In this document: positions 17,998 to 27,295 of the stretch, in pieces
Position numbering within the stretch: position 1 is the stretch's first letter
How the letters are laid out: each line of letters opens with the position of its first letter
Source: Ligilactobacillus pabuli
GTDB lineage: Bacteria; Bacillota; Bacilli; Lactobacillales; Lactobacillaceae
Reading direction: 5' to 3'
DNA length: 64,000 nucleotides
NCBI RefSeq assembly: GCF_022836475.1
Contig: NZ_BQXH01000005.1
Span: forward strand, 71,699 to 135,698
The notes under the pieces: model-generated
Told to the model about the DNA's origin: nothing
What the model saw: only the letters and a program-made list of their open reading frames with translations
Databases searched by the model: none
Translations under genes and position numbers: made by a program

Positions 17998-19458
17998 TTA
18001 GTCCACTCGATTATTTTCAATCAGTTCTTGCTGGACATCATATAATTCCTTCGAAATATAAACAGGATATTCGTCTGGATACAGTAAACGTTTCTTCGAT
18101 GCAGGTAATTCAGCTAATTTTTCCTGACTATACTGCTGGATCTCAAACACGCTTGGATTTCCCGTCAATAATTCTCCCTGTTCATTTAAAGCTTCTTTTT
18201 GTAGTTCAACTGCCTTCACGTTTCTTAATGTCTGGAAACGTTTGATAGCTTCTGGATCAGCACTTAGGACCTGCATATCTTCAATGTTGTCCAAAACTTC
18301 TTCTTCCCGTAATGTGACCAGGTCAGCAATTGGTTCGTCAGTCCGCGGATCATAGACCCGATAAACTCGTTTTCGTCCTGGAAGAGTTAGTTTGCCAAGG
18401 CTCGCACTAACTTTAACTTTTGGCAGCCAAGTGCCATCGGCTTTTTTCACAGCACTTAATTTGTAAACACCACTCAAAACTGGTGAGCTAGCGCTTGTGA
18501 TCAAGTTTTCACCGACCCCAAAGTTATCGATGGCAGCCCCTTCATTAACCAAAGACTGAATAATTTGTTCATCTAAGGCGTTTGAAGCTGTGATCGTTGC
18601 ATCCGGATAACCGGCGTCATCCAACATTTGGCGAGCTTTCGTTGATAATTGGGTAATGTCTCCAGAATCGATTCTCACACCAAATGAACTACTGTCAGAG
18701 CCCTTGGCTGACAACTCATCAAAGACCTGGATCGCATGCGGCATCCCAGAATGCAAAACATCATAAGTATCAACTAGTAATGAACAATTTTCAGGATAGA
18801 TCTTGGCCCAAGCCCGGAAAGCATCCAATTCCGTGTCAAAGGCTTCGATCCATGAATGTGCCATCGTTCCGGCAACCGGGATCCCGAATTTCTGTCCGGC
18901 CAACAAATTCGAGGTACTTGTACAACCGCCGATTACTGCGGCCCGTGCACCATAAACCGCACTTGCTGGTCCCTGTGCTCGACGTGCACCAAATTCCATG
19001 ACTGCCTTGTCCTTGGCTGCTGCCGAGATTCGGCGGGCCTTGGTAGCAATCAACGTTTGATGGTTAATGATATTTAATAATAAGGTTTCAAATAACTGAG
19101 CTTGGAGCAATGGTCCCTCAACCGTCACAACTGGTTCTCTTGGAAAGACTGGCGTCCCTTCTGGAATTGCATAGACCTTGCAGGTAAACTTAAAGTCCCG
19201 CAAGTAGTCCAAAAATTCTGGGGTAAACAACTGTAACCCACGCAAATATTCCAAATCAGCAGCGTCAAAGTGGAAGTTTTGCAACTCCTCTAAGGCTGTC
19301 CCAATTCCGGCTAAAACAACAAACCGTCCGTTATCTGGTAGTGTCCGGAAAAAGATGTCGTAAGACCCGCGTTCTTCCGCCATTTCTTCGTGAAAACCAT
19401 TTGCCATAGTATATTCATATAAATCGGTCAGTAGTGCCATATTTCCTTGCTCGATCAT
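17998..19458 (-). CDS. pncB: Nicotinate phosphoribosyltransferase
   Basis: 486 aa with PncB N-terminal and catalytic domains; AGGAGG RBS. Confidence 0.9.
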   Translation of the reverse strand: MIEQGNMALLTDLYEYTMANGFHEEMAEERGSYDIFFRTLPDNGRFVVLAGIGTALEELQNFHFDAADLEYLRGLQLFTPEFLDYLRDFKFTCKVYAIPEGTPVFPREPVVTVEGPLLQAQLFETLLLNIINHQTLIATKARRISAAAKDKAVMEFGARRAQGPASAVYGARAAVIGGCTSTSNLLAGQKFGIPVAGTMAHSWIEAFDTELDAFRAWAKIYPENCSLLVDTYDVLHSGMPHAIQVFDELSAKGSDSSSFGVRIDSGDITQLSTKARQMLDDAGYPDATITASNALDEQIIQSLVNEGAAIDNFGVGENLITSASSPVLSGVYKLSAVKKADGTWLPKVKVSASLGKLTLPGRKRVYRVYDPRTDEPIADLVTLREEEVLDNIEDMQVLSADPEAIKRFQTLRNVKAVELQKEALNEQGELLTGNPSVFEIQQYSQEKLAELPASKKRLLYPDEYPVYISKELYDVQQELIENNRVD

Positions 19459-19598
19459 AGATCGTTCCTCCTAGAAAACAATAAAGGTATTTTTTACTTT
19501 TAATTGAATAAAAAACAAAAGCCTGGTTCTTTGCAGTTGATACTACTCTTCTTACCGAATAATTGCAACCACGAACCTACAGACCTGCTGTTATCAAA

Positions 19599-19881
19599 CC
19601 GGTGATAGTGCTAGTTTGCCCCACTCTGTTTTTGTAGTCTGGGTTCCGTGAAACAGAAAGTTCCGCCCATCTAACCCCAGGAACCAATGCTAAAAGCACA
19701 TTAGTCCCTAGGTTCCGATGGTGCTCGAGTCTTAACCGGCTTGCTCCGCTCTGTTTTTGTAGTCGAGCTGCTCAAAGCAGCTTCTTCCGCCTATCCAAGA
19801 CCAACCTTCAATGCCCAAAACGCATTAAAGGTCAGTCTCCGATATGCTCGGAAGCTAATCGCTTTGCTCCGCTCTGTTTTT
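19599..19881 (+). repeat. Family A repeats: partial tail plus two tandem copies, between the nrtR-like stop and the pncB start
   Basis: Copies at about 19635-19757 and 19758-19880 (period 123 bp); ends CTCTGTTTTTA at the nrtR stop codon. Confidence 0.85.
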
Positions 19882-20650
19882 AGGCTTCCTTCAAGCGATA
19901 AACCTTCGCAGGGCGCCCACGCTTCTTGGAGACCGAGATCCCCGTTTCTTCAAAGAGCTTACTGTGTGTTTTAGTGAAATTAGAATTGTCGATCTGTTCC
20001 ATCTTCGTTTGTAAGAATGGTGCATAAACACAGCGCGCCTCCCTAATGGTAAAGCTGTCGCCCAAAATTAATAAAATATTTGGCTGATAATCCAGCTTAT
20101 TTCTGATGCGTAAACAAGCAACCTTAATGATCCACTCATAATCAAAGGCCAATCGATGCGGCGTTTTTTTGACATAGGCCGCCAAATTAGCGTAATAATC
20201 CTCTTGCTTTTGTTCCGCTGCCACCTGAAACTGCACTAGCCCATTGCTAAAACAGTAACGGGAATCGACCGTCGACAGCGCAAACCAGCGTGCGTCACTA
20301 GCACCATAACCTGGATTTAATGGCGGCATTTCCGGCAAAAAAGTCATATACGCCAACGATAAATTGCGGTGGTGAGCCGTGACCCGTTGTGGGGCCGTGA
20401 AAGTTTCTAACTGTTCCGTATGGAAAGCTGCCAATTTCAAACCGATTTTATCCTGTACTAAACGAAGCGCCGCTTGATCCGCACTTTCATGTTCACCCAG
20501 AAATGTCTCTGGCAACGCCCACATTCCGAGCGCTGGTCGTTCAGATCGCTTGACTAACAACAAATTGACCTGATTTGTTTCCCGGTCAAAGCTCCAGATC
20601 AAATTAACAATATTAATTTGTGTCAAACGATTTTCTTCCTTCATGAACAT
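19880..20650 (-). CDS. NrtR-like Nudix-related transcriptional regulator (degenerate Nudix domain plus C-terminal winged HTH)
   Basis: 256 aa. The Nudix-like segment GX5EX7RLVQDKIGL is degenerate. The C-terminus KTHSKLFEETGISVSKKRGRPAKVYRL is wHTH-like. It sits directly upstream of pncB. Confidence 0.5.
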   Translation of the reverse strand: MFMKEENRLTQINIVNLIWSFDRETNQVNLLLVKRSERPALGMWALPETFLGEHESADQAALRLVQDKIGLKLAAFHTEQLETFTAPQRVTAHHRNLSLAYMTFLPEMPPLNPGYGASDARWFALSTVDSRYCFSNGLVQFQVAAEQKQEDYYANLAAYVKKTPHRLAFDYEWIIKVACLRIRNKLDYQPNILLILGDSFTIREARCVYAPFLQTKMEQIDNSNFTKTHSKLFEETGISVSKKRGRPAKVYRLKEA

Positions 20651-20784
20651 TTCCTCCTGAATACTGGTTTGTATCTATTATAACTGATTAACGAACCCGT
20701 GAAAATCATTTTAGCCGACGCATTGCACCAACTATTTACAAATTTGGCTGACTTATTACTTGTAATTAATGAAATTTGCTTATA

Positions 20785-20808
20785 AAATGTAAGTGATACA
20801 AATTAAAG
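20785..20808. promoter_or_regulatory. Candidate NrtR-type operator (GT-N7-AC core)
   Basis: TAAAATGTAAGTGATACAAATT is partly palindromic around a GT-N7-AC core, in the divergent nrtR/oxidoreductase promoter region. Confidence 0.3.
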
Positions 20809-20822
20809 AGGAGGCTTTTTTC

Positions 20823-21473
20823 ATGACAAAAGTTGGAATTATTGGTGCAACTGGAATGGCCGGTTCCGCCACATTTAAAGCAGCAAAACAAGCAGGTTTG
20901 GACGTTACAGCGGTTGTTCGCAATGCTGCCAAAGCCAAAGAATTATTGGGTGCTGACATTCAGATTTTGGAAAAGGACGCTTTTGCGTTGACAACTGAAG
21001 ACTTGGCTGGCTTTGACGTAATCGTTGATGCATTTTCTACCGCCCCAGCTCAAGCATATTTACACGTGGACTTAACTGCTCATTTGATCAGCTTATTCCG
21101 TGAAACTAAACAACCACGCTTAATTTTCATCTTAGGTGCTGGTAGTTTGCACACTGGTGCTGACAATCATTTGGTAGTCGAAGACATTAAGAAGATGCCT
21201 GAAGCAGCTGCTTGGGTCAATACTCCAGTTAACCAGCTTGCTGAATTACACTTCTTACAAGACGTGACAAATGTGAACTGGGTCGGCGTTTCTCCTGCCT
21301 CATCTTTCGTTGCAGGACCTGCTGCTGACAAGATTTTATACGGCACAGAAGACCTCTTGGTCAACGCTGCTGGTGAATCTGAAACAACTGGCGATACAAT
21401 GGCACAAGCAATCGTCAAAGAAATTCAAGAACCTACTCATAAACAAGAACGTTTTACCGTTGCTAACGGCTAA
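20823..21473 (+). CDS. NAD(P)-binding atypical SDR / NmrA-YwnB-like oxidoreductase
   Basis: 216 aa from ATG 20823 (AAAGAGGAGG RBS) with GIIGATGMAG Rossmann motif. Confidence 0.7.
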   Translation: MTKVGIIGATGMAGSATFKAAKQAGLDVTAVVRNAAKAKELLGADIQILEKDAFALTTEDLAGFDVIVDAFSTAPAQAYLHVDLTAHLISLFRETKQPRLIFILGAGSLHTGADNHLVVEDIKKMPEAAAWVNTPVNQLAELHFLQDVTNVNWVGVSPASSFVAGPAADKILYGTEDLLVNAAGESETTGDTMAQAIVKEIQEPTHKQERFTVANG

Positions 21474-21487
21474 ATTTAAAGTTCAGC

Positions 21488-21528
21488 AAAACCTCCGCCT
21501 CAATTTAATTTGGGCGGAGGTTTTTTGG
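21488..21528 (+). terminator. Rho-independent terminator
   Basis: AAACCTCCGCC..GGCGGAGGTTTTTT. Confidence 0.65.
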
Positions 21529-21580
21529 TCAAGTTGCACTGTGCTATAATAGCCAGTATCAAAACTTTCGGAGGTCAAAA

Positions 21581-21922
21581 ATGTTCAACTTAATTCCTAA
21601 CGATATGGGCGAAGTTGCCCAAAAATTGGCTTACTTACAAACCCATGGTCAACCAGACGCAACAGAAAATGACGTCTTACTAGACACAGCTCGTGCTGGT
21701 GCCCAAGATTTGTTAGACGAAGCGCTGGAAGGTCCTTACTACAACGTTCGTTGGCAAACACCCGACCAAGTCTTAGTAGTGACTGGTGCGCTCAAAAATG
21801 AGATTGGCACGCTCACTCCCCGGGCAGACTGCGAAACATTTTCAGCTGATTTCAAGGGAAATGAAATCCTATTTTGGCGGAATTTAAGCGGACAAATCGC
21901 TGCCCTGATCCGCCAGGAATAA
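21581..21922 (+). CDS. Hypothetical protein (113 aa)
   Basis: ORF with GGAGG RBS. Confidence 0.5.
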   Translation: MFNLIPNDMGEVAQKLAYLQTHGQPDATENDVLLDTARAGAQDLLDEALEGPYYNVRWQTPDQVLVVTGALKNEIGTLTPRADCETFSADFKGNEILFWRNLSGQIAALIRQE

Positions 21923-21955
21923 TTTCTATTAACTAAGTAGGAAGGAGTCCTAAAC

Positions 21956-22201
21956 ATGAATTCATCGCAAAAGCGGAAACTTGCTTTTTTGGTCGGTGCG
22001 ATCTGGCTGACAGCCATCATTTTGACTGGAATCAGCATTGCAGCCTGGTATTTTCGGCCTGGAAAGCTGGTCTTACTAGGATTAGTTATCTGTGACTTTT
22101 TAGTTTTCAGTGCTGCATGCACGACTTTGACAGTGCCCTTGGTGAACTATCTGCGTAAACGACGCGAGCGCAAACAGGACTCATCCAAACGACCACATTA
22201 A
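21956..22201 (+). CDS. Small membrane protein (81 aa, two TM helices)
   Basis: AGGAGG RBS; two hydrophobic helices. Confidence 0.5.
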   Translation: MNSSQKRKLAFLVGAIWLTAIILTGISIAAWYFRPGKLVLLGLVICDFLVFSAACTTLTVPLVNYLRKRRERKQDSSKRPH

Positions 22202-22209
22202 TTTAACAA

Positions 22210-22250
22210 ACTCCCAACAAGCAAATCAGTGTTGATTGGGAGTTTTTATT
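22210..22250 (+). terminator. Rho-independent terminator
   Basis: AACTCCCAA..TTGGGAGTTTTT. Confidence 0.6.
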
Positions 22251-22269
22251 TGCAAATAGGTGCCACCAC

Positions 22270-22400
22270 AGATTTTGGTGCTGTACACATTACTTTGGTG
22301 AACTTATGTCTACAGATTCTGCTGTACACATTACTTTCGCGAACTTATGTCTACAGATTCCACTGTACACATTACTTTCCCGGACTTATGTCTACAGATT
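22270..22400. repeat. Tandem array, 41-bp unit, about 3.3 copies (family B, orientation 1, variant CATTAC)
   Basis: ATGTCTACAG recurs at 22306, 22347 and 22388. Confidence 0.85.
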
Positions 22401-22449
22401 CTTGGTTACTCAGACAATGCAAACTTCCAGACTGCTTCTTCACTAAAAA

Positions 22450-22492
22450 ATCTGCAACGAAAAAAGACGCTCATCAATCTGAGCGTCTTTTT
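22450..22492. terminator. Bidirectional rho-independent terminator (serves msrA on the minus strand)
   Basis: AAAAAGACGCTCA..TGAGCGTCTTTTT, symmetric with runs on both sides. Confidence 0.6.
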
Positions 22493-22503
22493 AGTAGTGG
22501 AAC

Positions 22504-23019
22504 TTATTTCCATTGATCCTGGATAAATTTCTCGCGGCCACCCATTTCCTCCATTTGATAACGGAGTGGGTTTTTGCGATAAAAGTTCTGGTGATAATCT
22601 TCAGCTGGATAAAATGGTTTGGCATCTTCAATTTGCGTCACGATCGGGTCCGAAAAACGGCCACTCTCTGCTAACTTCTGCTTAGAGGCTGTCGCAATTT
22701 GACGTTCTTCCTCATTTTGCACAAAAATTACTGGCCGGTAACTGTCACCACGGTCCTGGAACTGGCCCATCGCATCGGTCGGGTCAGTTTGGCGCCAGTA
22801 AATTTCAACTAAATCTGCATAAGACACGATTGCTGGGTCGTAGTGAATTTCCACAGCTTCAGTGTGTCCCGTCGTATGACTGCAAACTTGTTCATAGGTT
22901 GGGTTAGCCACGTGTCCGCCAGTATAGCCCGAAACTACTTGCTTAATACCTGGCTGTTCGTCAAATGGTTTCACCATACACCAAAAACAACCTCCGGCAA
23001 AAATTGCTGTTTTTTCCAT
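22504..23019 (-). CDS. msrA: Peptide methionine sulfoxide reductase MsrA
   Basis: 171 aa from ATG 23019 with the GCFWC active site; GGAAGGGAAG RBS. Confidence 0.9.
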   Translation of the reverse strand: MEKTAIFAGGCFWCMVKPFDEQPGIKQVVSGYTGGHVANPTYEQVCSHTTGHTEAVEIHYDPAIVSYADLVEIYWRQTDPTDAMGQFQDRGDSYRPVIFVQNEEERQIATASKQKLAESGRFSDPIVTQIEDAKPFYPAEDYHQNFYRKNPLRYQMEEMGGREKFIQDQWK

Positions 23020-23090
23020 CAAATTAACTTCCCTTCCTAGCACAAAAGGACACCGCTTGAGTGGCTAGTGCCCTTTTGTTAGCTGACTAA

Positions 23091-23408
23091 TTAGTCAGTG
23101 TATTGTTCCAAGATTTGTTTTAATTGTTCCTTAGGATGATAACCGATAATAGTATCGATCACTTCACCATCTTTTTTAACCATCATCGTTGGAATTGACA
23201 TAATGCCAAAATGTGCTGGTGTTTCAGGGTTTTGATCAATATCCATCTTAGTGAAAGTCACCTTGTCACCCATTTCTTCGGATAGTTGATCAACTGCTGG
23301 TCCTTGCATCCGACATGGACCACACCATGTTGCCCAAAAGTCTGTGAAAGTTACACCCTTGCTTGTAGCTTCTTCAAAATCTGCATCTGTAATTTCTTTA
23401 ACTGCCAT
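23091..23408 (-). CDS. trxA: Thioredoxin
   Basis: 105 aa with WCGPC; GGAGG RBS. Confidence 0.9.
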   Translation of the reverse strand: MAVKEITDADFEEATSKGVTFTDFWATWCGPCRMQGPAVDQLSEEMGDKVTFTKMDIDQNPETPAHFGIMSIPTMMVKKDGEVIDTIIGYHPKEQLKQILEQYTD

Positions 23409-23517
23409 AATTTAATTTCCTCCTATTTCTGGTGATCGTTCACGCTGGTTGTTTTCTATCAAACAATTCCAATTACATCGTGCCCGACTTATCTTCTAAC
23501 TCTATGATACCGCATTC

Positions 23518-23994
23518 CTACGAGTTTTGCACTGCTTCTGCAATATCCGCACTAAATTCTTCAGGGGTTGTTTTCGGTTCATACCTCCCAATAATTTGCC
23601 CGTTTCTGCCAATTAAAAACTTGGTATAGTTCCAGGCAATCTCTTCTCCCGTGGTCTCTTTTTTCAAATACGTAAAGAGCGGGTCCGCTTGCTCGCCATT
23701 CACCCAAACACGCTTGGTCATTGGAAATGTCACACCAAAGTGCAACTGACAATACTCGGTTGCTGCCTGATCTGAGTCTAGTTCCTGGTTAAACTGATTA
23801 GAAGGCAAACCAATGACAGTGAACCCTGCCTGATGGTACTGTTGATACAAGGCCTCTAACTGTTCTAATTGTGGTGCAAGACCACACTTACTAGCAGTAT
23901 TGACTAGCAGTAAAACTTGGCCTTTGTAGTCTGCCAAATCAATTGGTTGACCGCTAACTTCCTCTTCAGAAAAATCATAAATTGTCGCCATCAT
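23518..23994 (-). CDS. Glutathione peroxidase family protein
   Basis: GPx fold with NTASKCG and WNYTKFL motifs; start choice at M4 based on AAGGA spacing. Confidence 0.8.
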   Translation of the reverse strand: MMATIYDFSEEEVSGQPIDLADYKGQVLLLVNTASKCGLAPQLEQLEALYQQYHQAGFTVIGLPSNQFNQELDSDQAATEYCQLHFGVTFPMTKRVWVNGEQADPLFTYLKKETTGEEIAWNYTKFLIGRNGQIIGRYEPKTTPEEFSADIAEAVQNS

Positions 23995-24181
23995 GCTCAC
24001 CATCCTTTGTTGCTGTCATGACTTAACATCTTTACTATCAGTAATGTACCATGATTTTTCACCAACATCAATAATTTTGCTTACAAAAAGAAAGCTTTTT
24101 TTATTCAGTAGGCTTTTTAATATTTTTCTCGCGAACTGCGCGTTACAATTAAGTTGAAAACACTAGCAAGGAGATGGTTTC

Positions 24182-24550
24182 GTGTTACAACTGCAACGAA
24201 TTTATGCATCTGACCAGGACTACGATAGCTACCGGATCTTAGTTGACCGGCTTTGGCCACGGGGAATGTCCAAGGAAAAAGCGCAACTCAACGATTGGGT
24301 CAAAACAATTGCTCCTTCGCCAGAACTACGGAAATGGTTCAACCACGATCCTGCCAAATTTGCAGACTTCCGGGTCGCTTATTTGAAAGAACTAGCCGAA
24401 AATCCTGCCACCGTTGAATTTTTAAAAACAACCAGAGTTCAATTAGCACAGGGTTCGGTAACTCTCTTGTATGGTGCCAAAGATGAGCAATACAACCAAG
24501 CTGTGGTCTTGCTGGACTATTTGCGCGAGCATTTGCCAAAAACAGACTAA
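24182..24550 (+). CDS. DUF488-family protein
   Basis: 122 aa with GTG start and AAGGAG RBS 8 nt upstream. Confidence 0.55.
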   Translation: MLQLQRIYASDQDYDSYRILVDRLWPRGMSKEKAQLNDWVKTIAPSPELRKWFNHDPAKFADFRVAYLKELAENPATVEFLKTTRVQLAQGSVTLLYGAKDEQYNQAVVLLDYLREHLPKTD

Positions 24551-24631
24551 TTGATTGCACCGGTCGCCAGGATAATATATGATAACGTTATCAACACAGA
24601 GGGGAACAAAGCATAAACAGGAGGTCTTTCC

Positions 24632-24928
24632 ATGGAATTTGAATTCGAACACAACTATGAAGCAGGTCACGACCGTTTCGTTCATTATGCCGCTGACCGG
24701 AAGATCGACGCTGAAGTTGACTTAACAGTCGATAACTCCGCGCAAACCTACACCATCGACTCAACTAAAACAGACCCAGCCTTGCGCGGCCAAGGAATTG
24801 CGGGTCAATTAATGCAAGCCGTTGTTGGGCGTGCCCACGAAACTGGCTATCACATTATTAACGTTTGCCCGTACGCCGTCAATTATTTTGACAAACATCA
24901 CGACGAGTACGCCGATGTACTCCAATAA
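24632..24928 (+). CDS. Small GNAT-like acetyltransferase (YjdJ-like, about 98 aa)
   Basis: AGGAGG RBS; RGQGIAGQLM acetyl-CoA-binding-like motif. Confidence 0.55.
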   Translation: MEFEFEHNYEAGHDRFVHYAADRKIDAEVDLTVDNSAQTYTIDSTKTDPALRGQGIAGQLMQAVVGRAHETGYHIINVCPYAVNYFDKHHDEYADVLQ

Positions 24929-24939
24929 GCTAATTTTTA

Positions 24940-24997
24940 AAGCTCAGTCCTATTGTTTGCTCTCTTAATGAGCAAACTTAGGATTGAGCTTTTTTTC
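24940..24997 (+). terminator. Rho-independent terminator
   Basis: AAGCTCAGTCC..GGATTGAGCTTTTTTT. Confidence 0.5.
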
Positions 24998-25012
24998 TGA
25001 CTCTCAGTTTAC

Positions 25013-25112
25013 GAAAGTTTGGTACATAAACCTATCTTTCGTACTTAACTCTGGCAAAGTTTGGTACATAAATCCATTTTGGGACCCAACTTTGAGCGAT
25101 TTTGGTCCACAA
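25013..25112 (+). promoter_or_regulatory. Three phased direct repeats (AAAGTTTGGTACATAAA twice, plus a degenerate TTTTGGTCCACAAA) at 42-bp spacing upstream of the pox promoter
   Basis: Exact 17-mers at 25013-25029 and 25055-25071, a degenerate copy at 25099-25112. Repeat 1 lies in the loop of ACGAAAG..CTTTCGT. Confidence 0.55.
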
Positions 25113-25286
25113 ATTCCCATCAGCTTCTTCCAGAAAATTCACTCCTAAAACTAGTCCCGAATCCCCTAATTTATTTCAGAAAATATTTTTATTTTTTCAC
25201 CGTATTCCTCGAAAATATCGTCTCAAGCCCTGGTATTATCACGTTTATAGGACTTTTTTTATTTTCAAAAAAGTTAGTTAAAAAGA

Positions 25287-25341
25287 TTGACTTACAAAAA
25301 GTAAGTGATATACTTAATCTTGTTCCGTTGAACAGCAACGG
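25287..25341 (+). promoter_or_regulatory. pox promoter (TTGACT-16-TATACT) followed by a perfect palindrome CCGTTGaacagCAACGG in the 5' UTR
   Basis: -35 at 25287-25292, -10 at 25309-25314, palindrome at 25325-25341. Confidence 0.5.
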
Positions 25342-25405
25342 ATGATTTCCAAGATTAATTTGATAAAAAATAAAATGCTTTACACAAAGAAAGGGAGTTT
25401 TTGAA

Positions 25406-27154
25406 ATGGCTACAATGATGGCAGGACAAGCACTCGCAAAAGTTTTAGAGAAATGGGATATTGATCACGTTTATGGAATTACCGCCGATTCAATCAACAA
25501 CACAGTCGATGGTTTATACCAGGAACGCGACCAGATCAAGTATATTCAGGTTCGTCACGAAGAAGTTGGCGCCTTGGCAGCCGCTGCTGACGCTAAGTTA
25601 ACTGGAACAATTGGTGTTGCATTTGGCTCAGCCGGCCCCGGTTCCGTGCATATGTTAAATGGTTTGTATGAAGCTAAGATGGATCATACTCCAGTTTTGG
25701 CCTTAGTTGGTCAATCAGCAACTGGTGTGATGAACACGAACTTCTTCCAGGAAATGAACCAGGATCCAATTTTTGCCGACGTGGCAGAATTCCACAAGCA
25801 AGTTGTTAACGCTGACCAGATTCCTAAGGTCATTGACGAAGCGATTCGTTCAGCTTATGCAACGAAGTCAGTTTCAGTTGTGATCTTACCAGATGACTTA
25901 TCTGGTCAAGAAATCGACTATCATGAATTAAAGACTGCTAACTTAAGCAAAAAGACTGTTAAACTACCAGTTGACCAAGCTGAAGTTCAACAAGTCGCTG
26001 AAGCAATCAAAAACGCCAAGCGTCCAGTAATGTGGTTAGGTCAAGGTGCTGCTTCAGCCAAAGCTGCCGCTGTGACAGTTGCTGAAAAATTGGGGATGCC
26101 TGTTTTGACAACTGCACCAGCTGCCAACGTCTTCCCAACTGACCATGCTAACTACATGGGAGCTCGTGGTCGTTTGGGTACTAAGCCAGCCTTTGAAGTT
26201 TCACAGGTTAGTGATTTGATCTTGTTTGTTGGGACAAACTACCCATTTGCACGCTACATGCCTGCTGACAAGACAATCATCCAAGTTAACAATAATTTGG
26301 CAGACCTTGGCAAGCAATACGACGCTGACATCACTGTTTTAGCTGATGCCGCTGCCTTCTTGGCAAGTCTTGCACAGACAGATTACCAAGCACCAGTTAG
26401 TGATTTCTTAAAGGCTGCCCAACAGGACCGCGTTTTATGGATGAACTGGTTAGAAAAATTAGCCGCTGATGATCAAAACGGTTTACGCGCTGAAGGTGTC
26501 ATCAAGGCTATCAAAGATAACTCGACTAACAATGCAGTCTTTGGACTTGATGTTGGTAACAACACAGAATGGTCATTACGTCAGCTACCATTTGACAAAG
26601 ACCAAACTTACGCAATGTCACCATGGTATGGCACAATGGGCTTTGGCTTACCAGCAGGTTTGGCCGGCAAATTGAGCTTTCCTGACCGTCAAGTTTGGAC
26701 AATTTCTGGCGATGGTGGTTACGCAATGGTCATGCCAGACTTACTGACAGAAGTTAAGTACCACTTACCAGTAATTAACGTTGTCTTAGAAAACAAAGCC
26801 TTTGGTTACATTGGTCATGAAAAGATCCAGGCTAACCAAGCCCCTTATGGGATCGACTTAGTTGGTGCTGACTGGGGCAAGGCCGCTACAGACATGGGTG
26901 CAATTGGCTTTACAGTTACAAACTTGGCTGAATTAAAGGATGCCATGGCTCAAATCAACGAACTCCAAAAGAATGGTAATGATTTGCCAATCGTCTTGGA
27001 CGCTAAGATTCAAAACATTGACCCAATCGATACTTCCTTTGTACCATTGGATGAGGCCGCTTTTGGCGCTGAGATGGCCGCTAACTATCGTGAAACTTAC
27101 GCAATTTCAGCTGAAGACCAACCATCTTTGAGCGAAATCATGAAGAACCTTTAA
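25406..27154 (+). CDS. pox: Pyruvate oxidase (TPP/FAD dependent)
   Basis: 582 aa; strong resemblance to lactobacillal Pox/SpxB across N-terminal, FAD and TPP-binding (GDGG) domains. Confidence 0.9.
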   Translation: MATMMAGQALAKVLEKWDIDHVYGITADSINNTVDGLYQERDQIKYIQVRHEEVGALAAAADAKLTGTIGVAFGSAGPGSVHMLNGLYEAKMDHTPVLALVGQSATGVMNTNFFQEMNQDPIFADVAEFHKQVVNADQIPKVIDEAIRSAYATKSVSVVILPDDLSGQEIDYHELKTANLSKKTVKLPVDQAEVQQVAEAIKNAKRPVMWLGQGAASAKAAAVTVAEKLGMPVLTTAPAANVFPTDHANYMGARGRLGTKPAFEVSQVSDLILFVGTNYPFARYMPADKTIIQVNNNLADLGKQYDADITVLADAAAFLASLAQTDYQAPVSDFLKAAQQDRVLWMNWLEKLAADDQNGLRAEGVIKAIKDNSTNNAVFGLDVGNNTEWSLRQLPFDKDQTYAMSPWYGTMGFGLPAGLAGKLSFPDRQVWTISGDGGYAMVMPDLLTEVKYHLPVINVVLENKAFGYIGHEKIQANQAPYGIDLVGADWGKAATDMGAIGFTVTNLAELKDAMAQINELQKNGNDLPIVLDAKIQNIDPIDTSFVPLDEAAFGAEMAANYRETYAISAEDQPSLSEIMKNL

Positions 27155-27226
27155 GAGCAAAAACAGATATATAATATGTAGTAACTAGAAAATATGGCTG
27201 GAAAAAACAGCTTTAAACAAATAAAA

Positions 27227-27277
27227 CAGGTGCAAAGCTTTGGGAAAGTCCAAAATTTTGCACCTGTTTTTTTGCAG
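27227..27277 (+). terminator. Rho-independent terminator after pox
   Basis: AACAGGTGCAAA..TTTTGCACCTGTTTTTTT. Confidence 0.7.
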
Positions 27278-27295
27278 TAGTGTTATAATTTTAGT

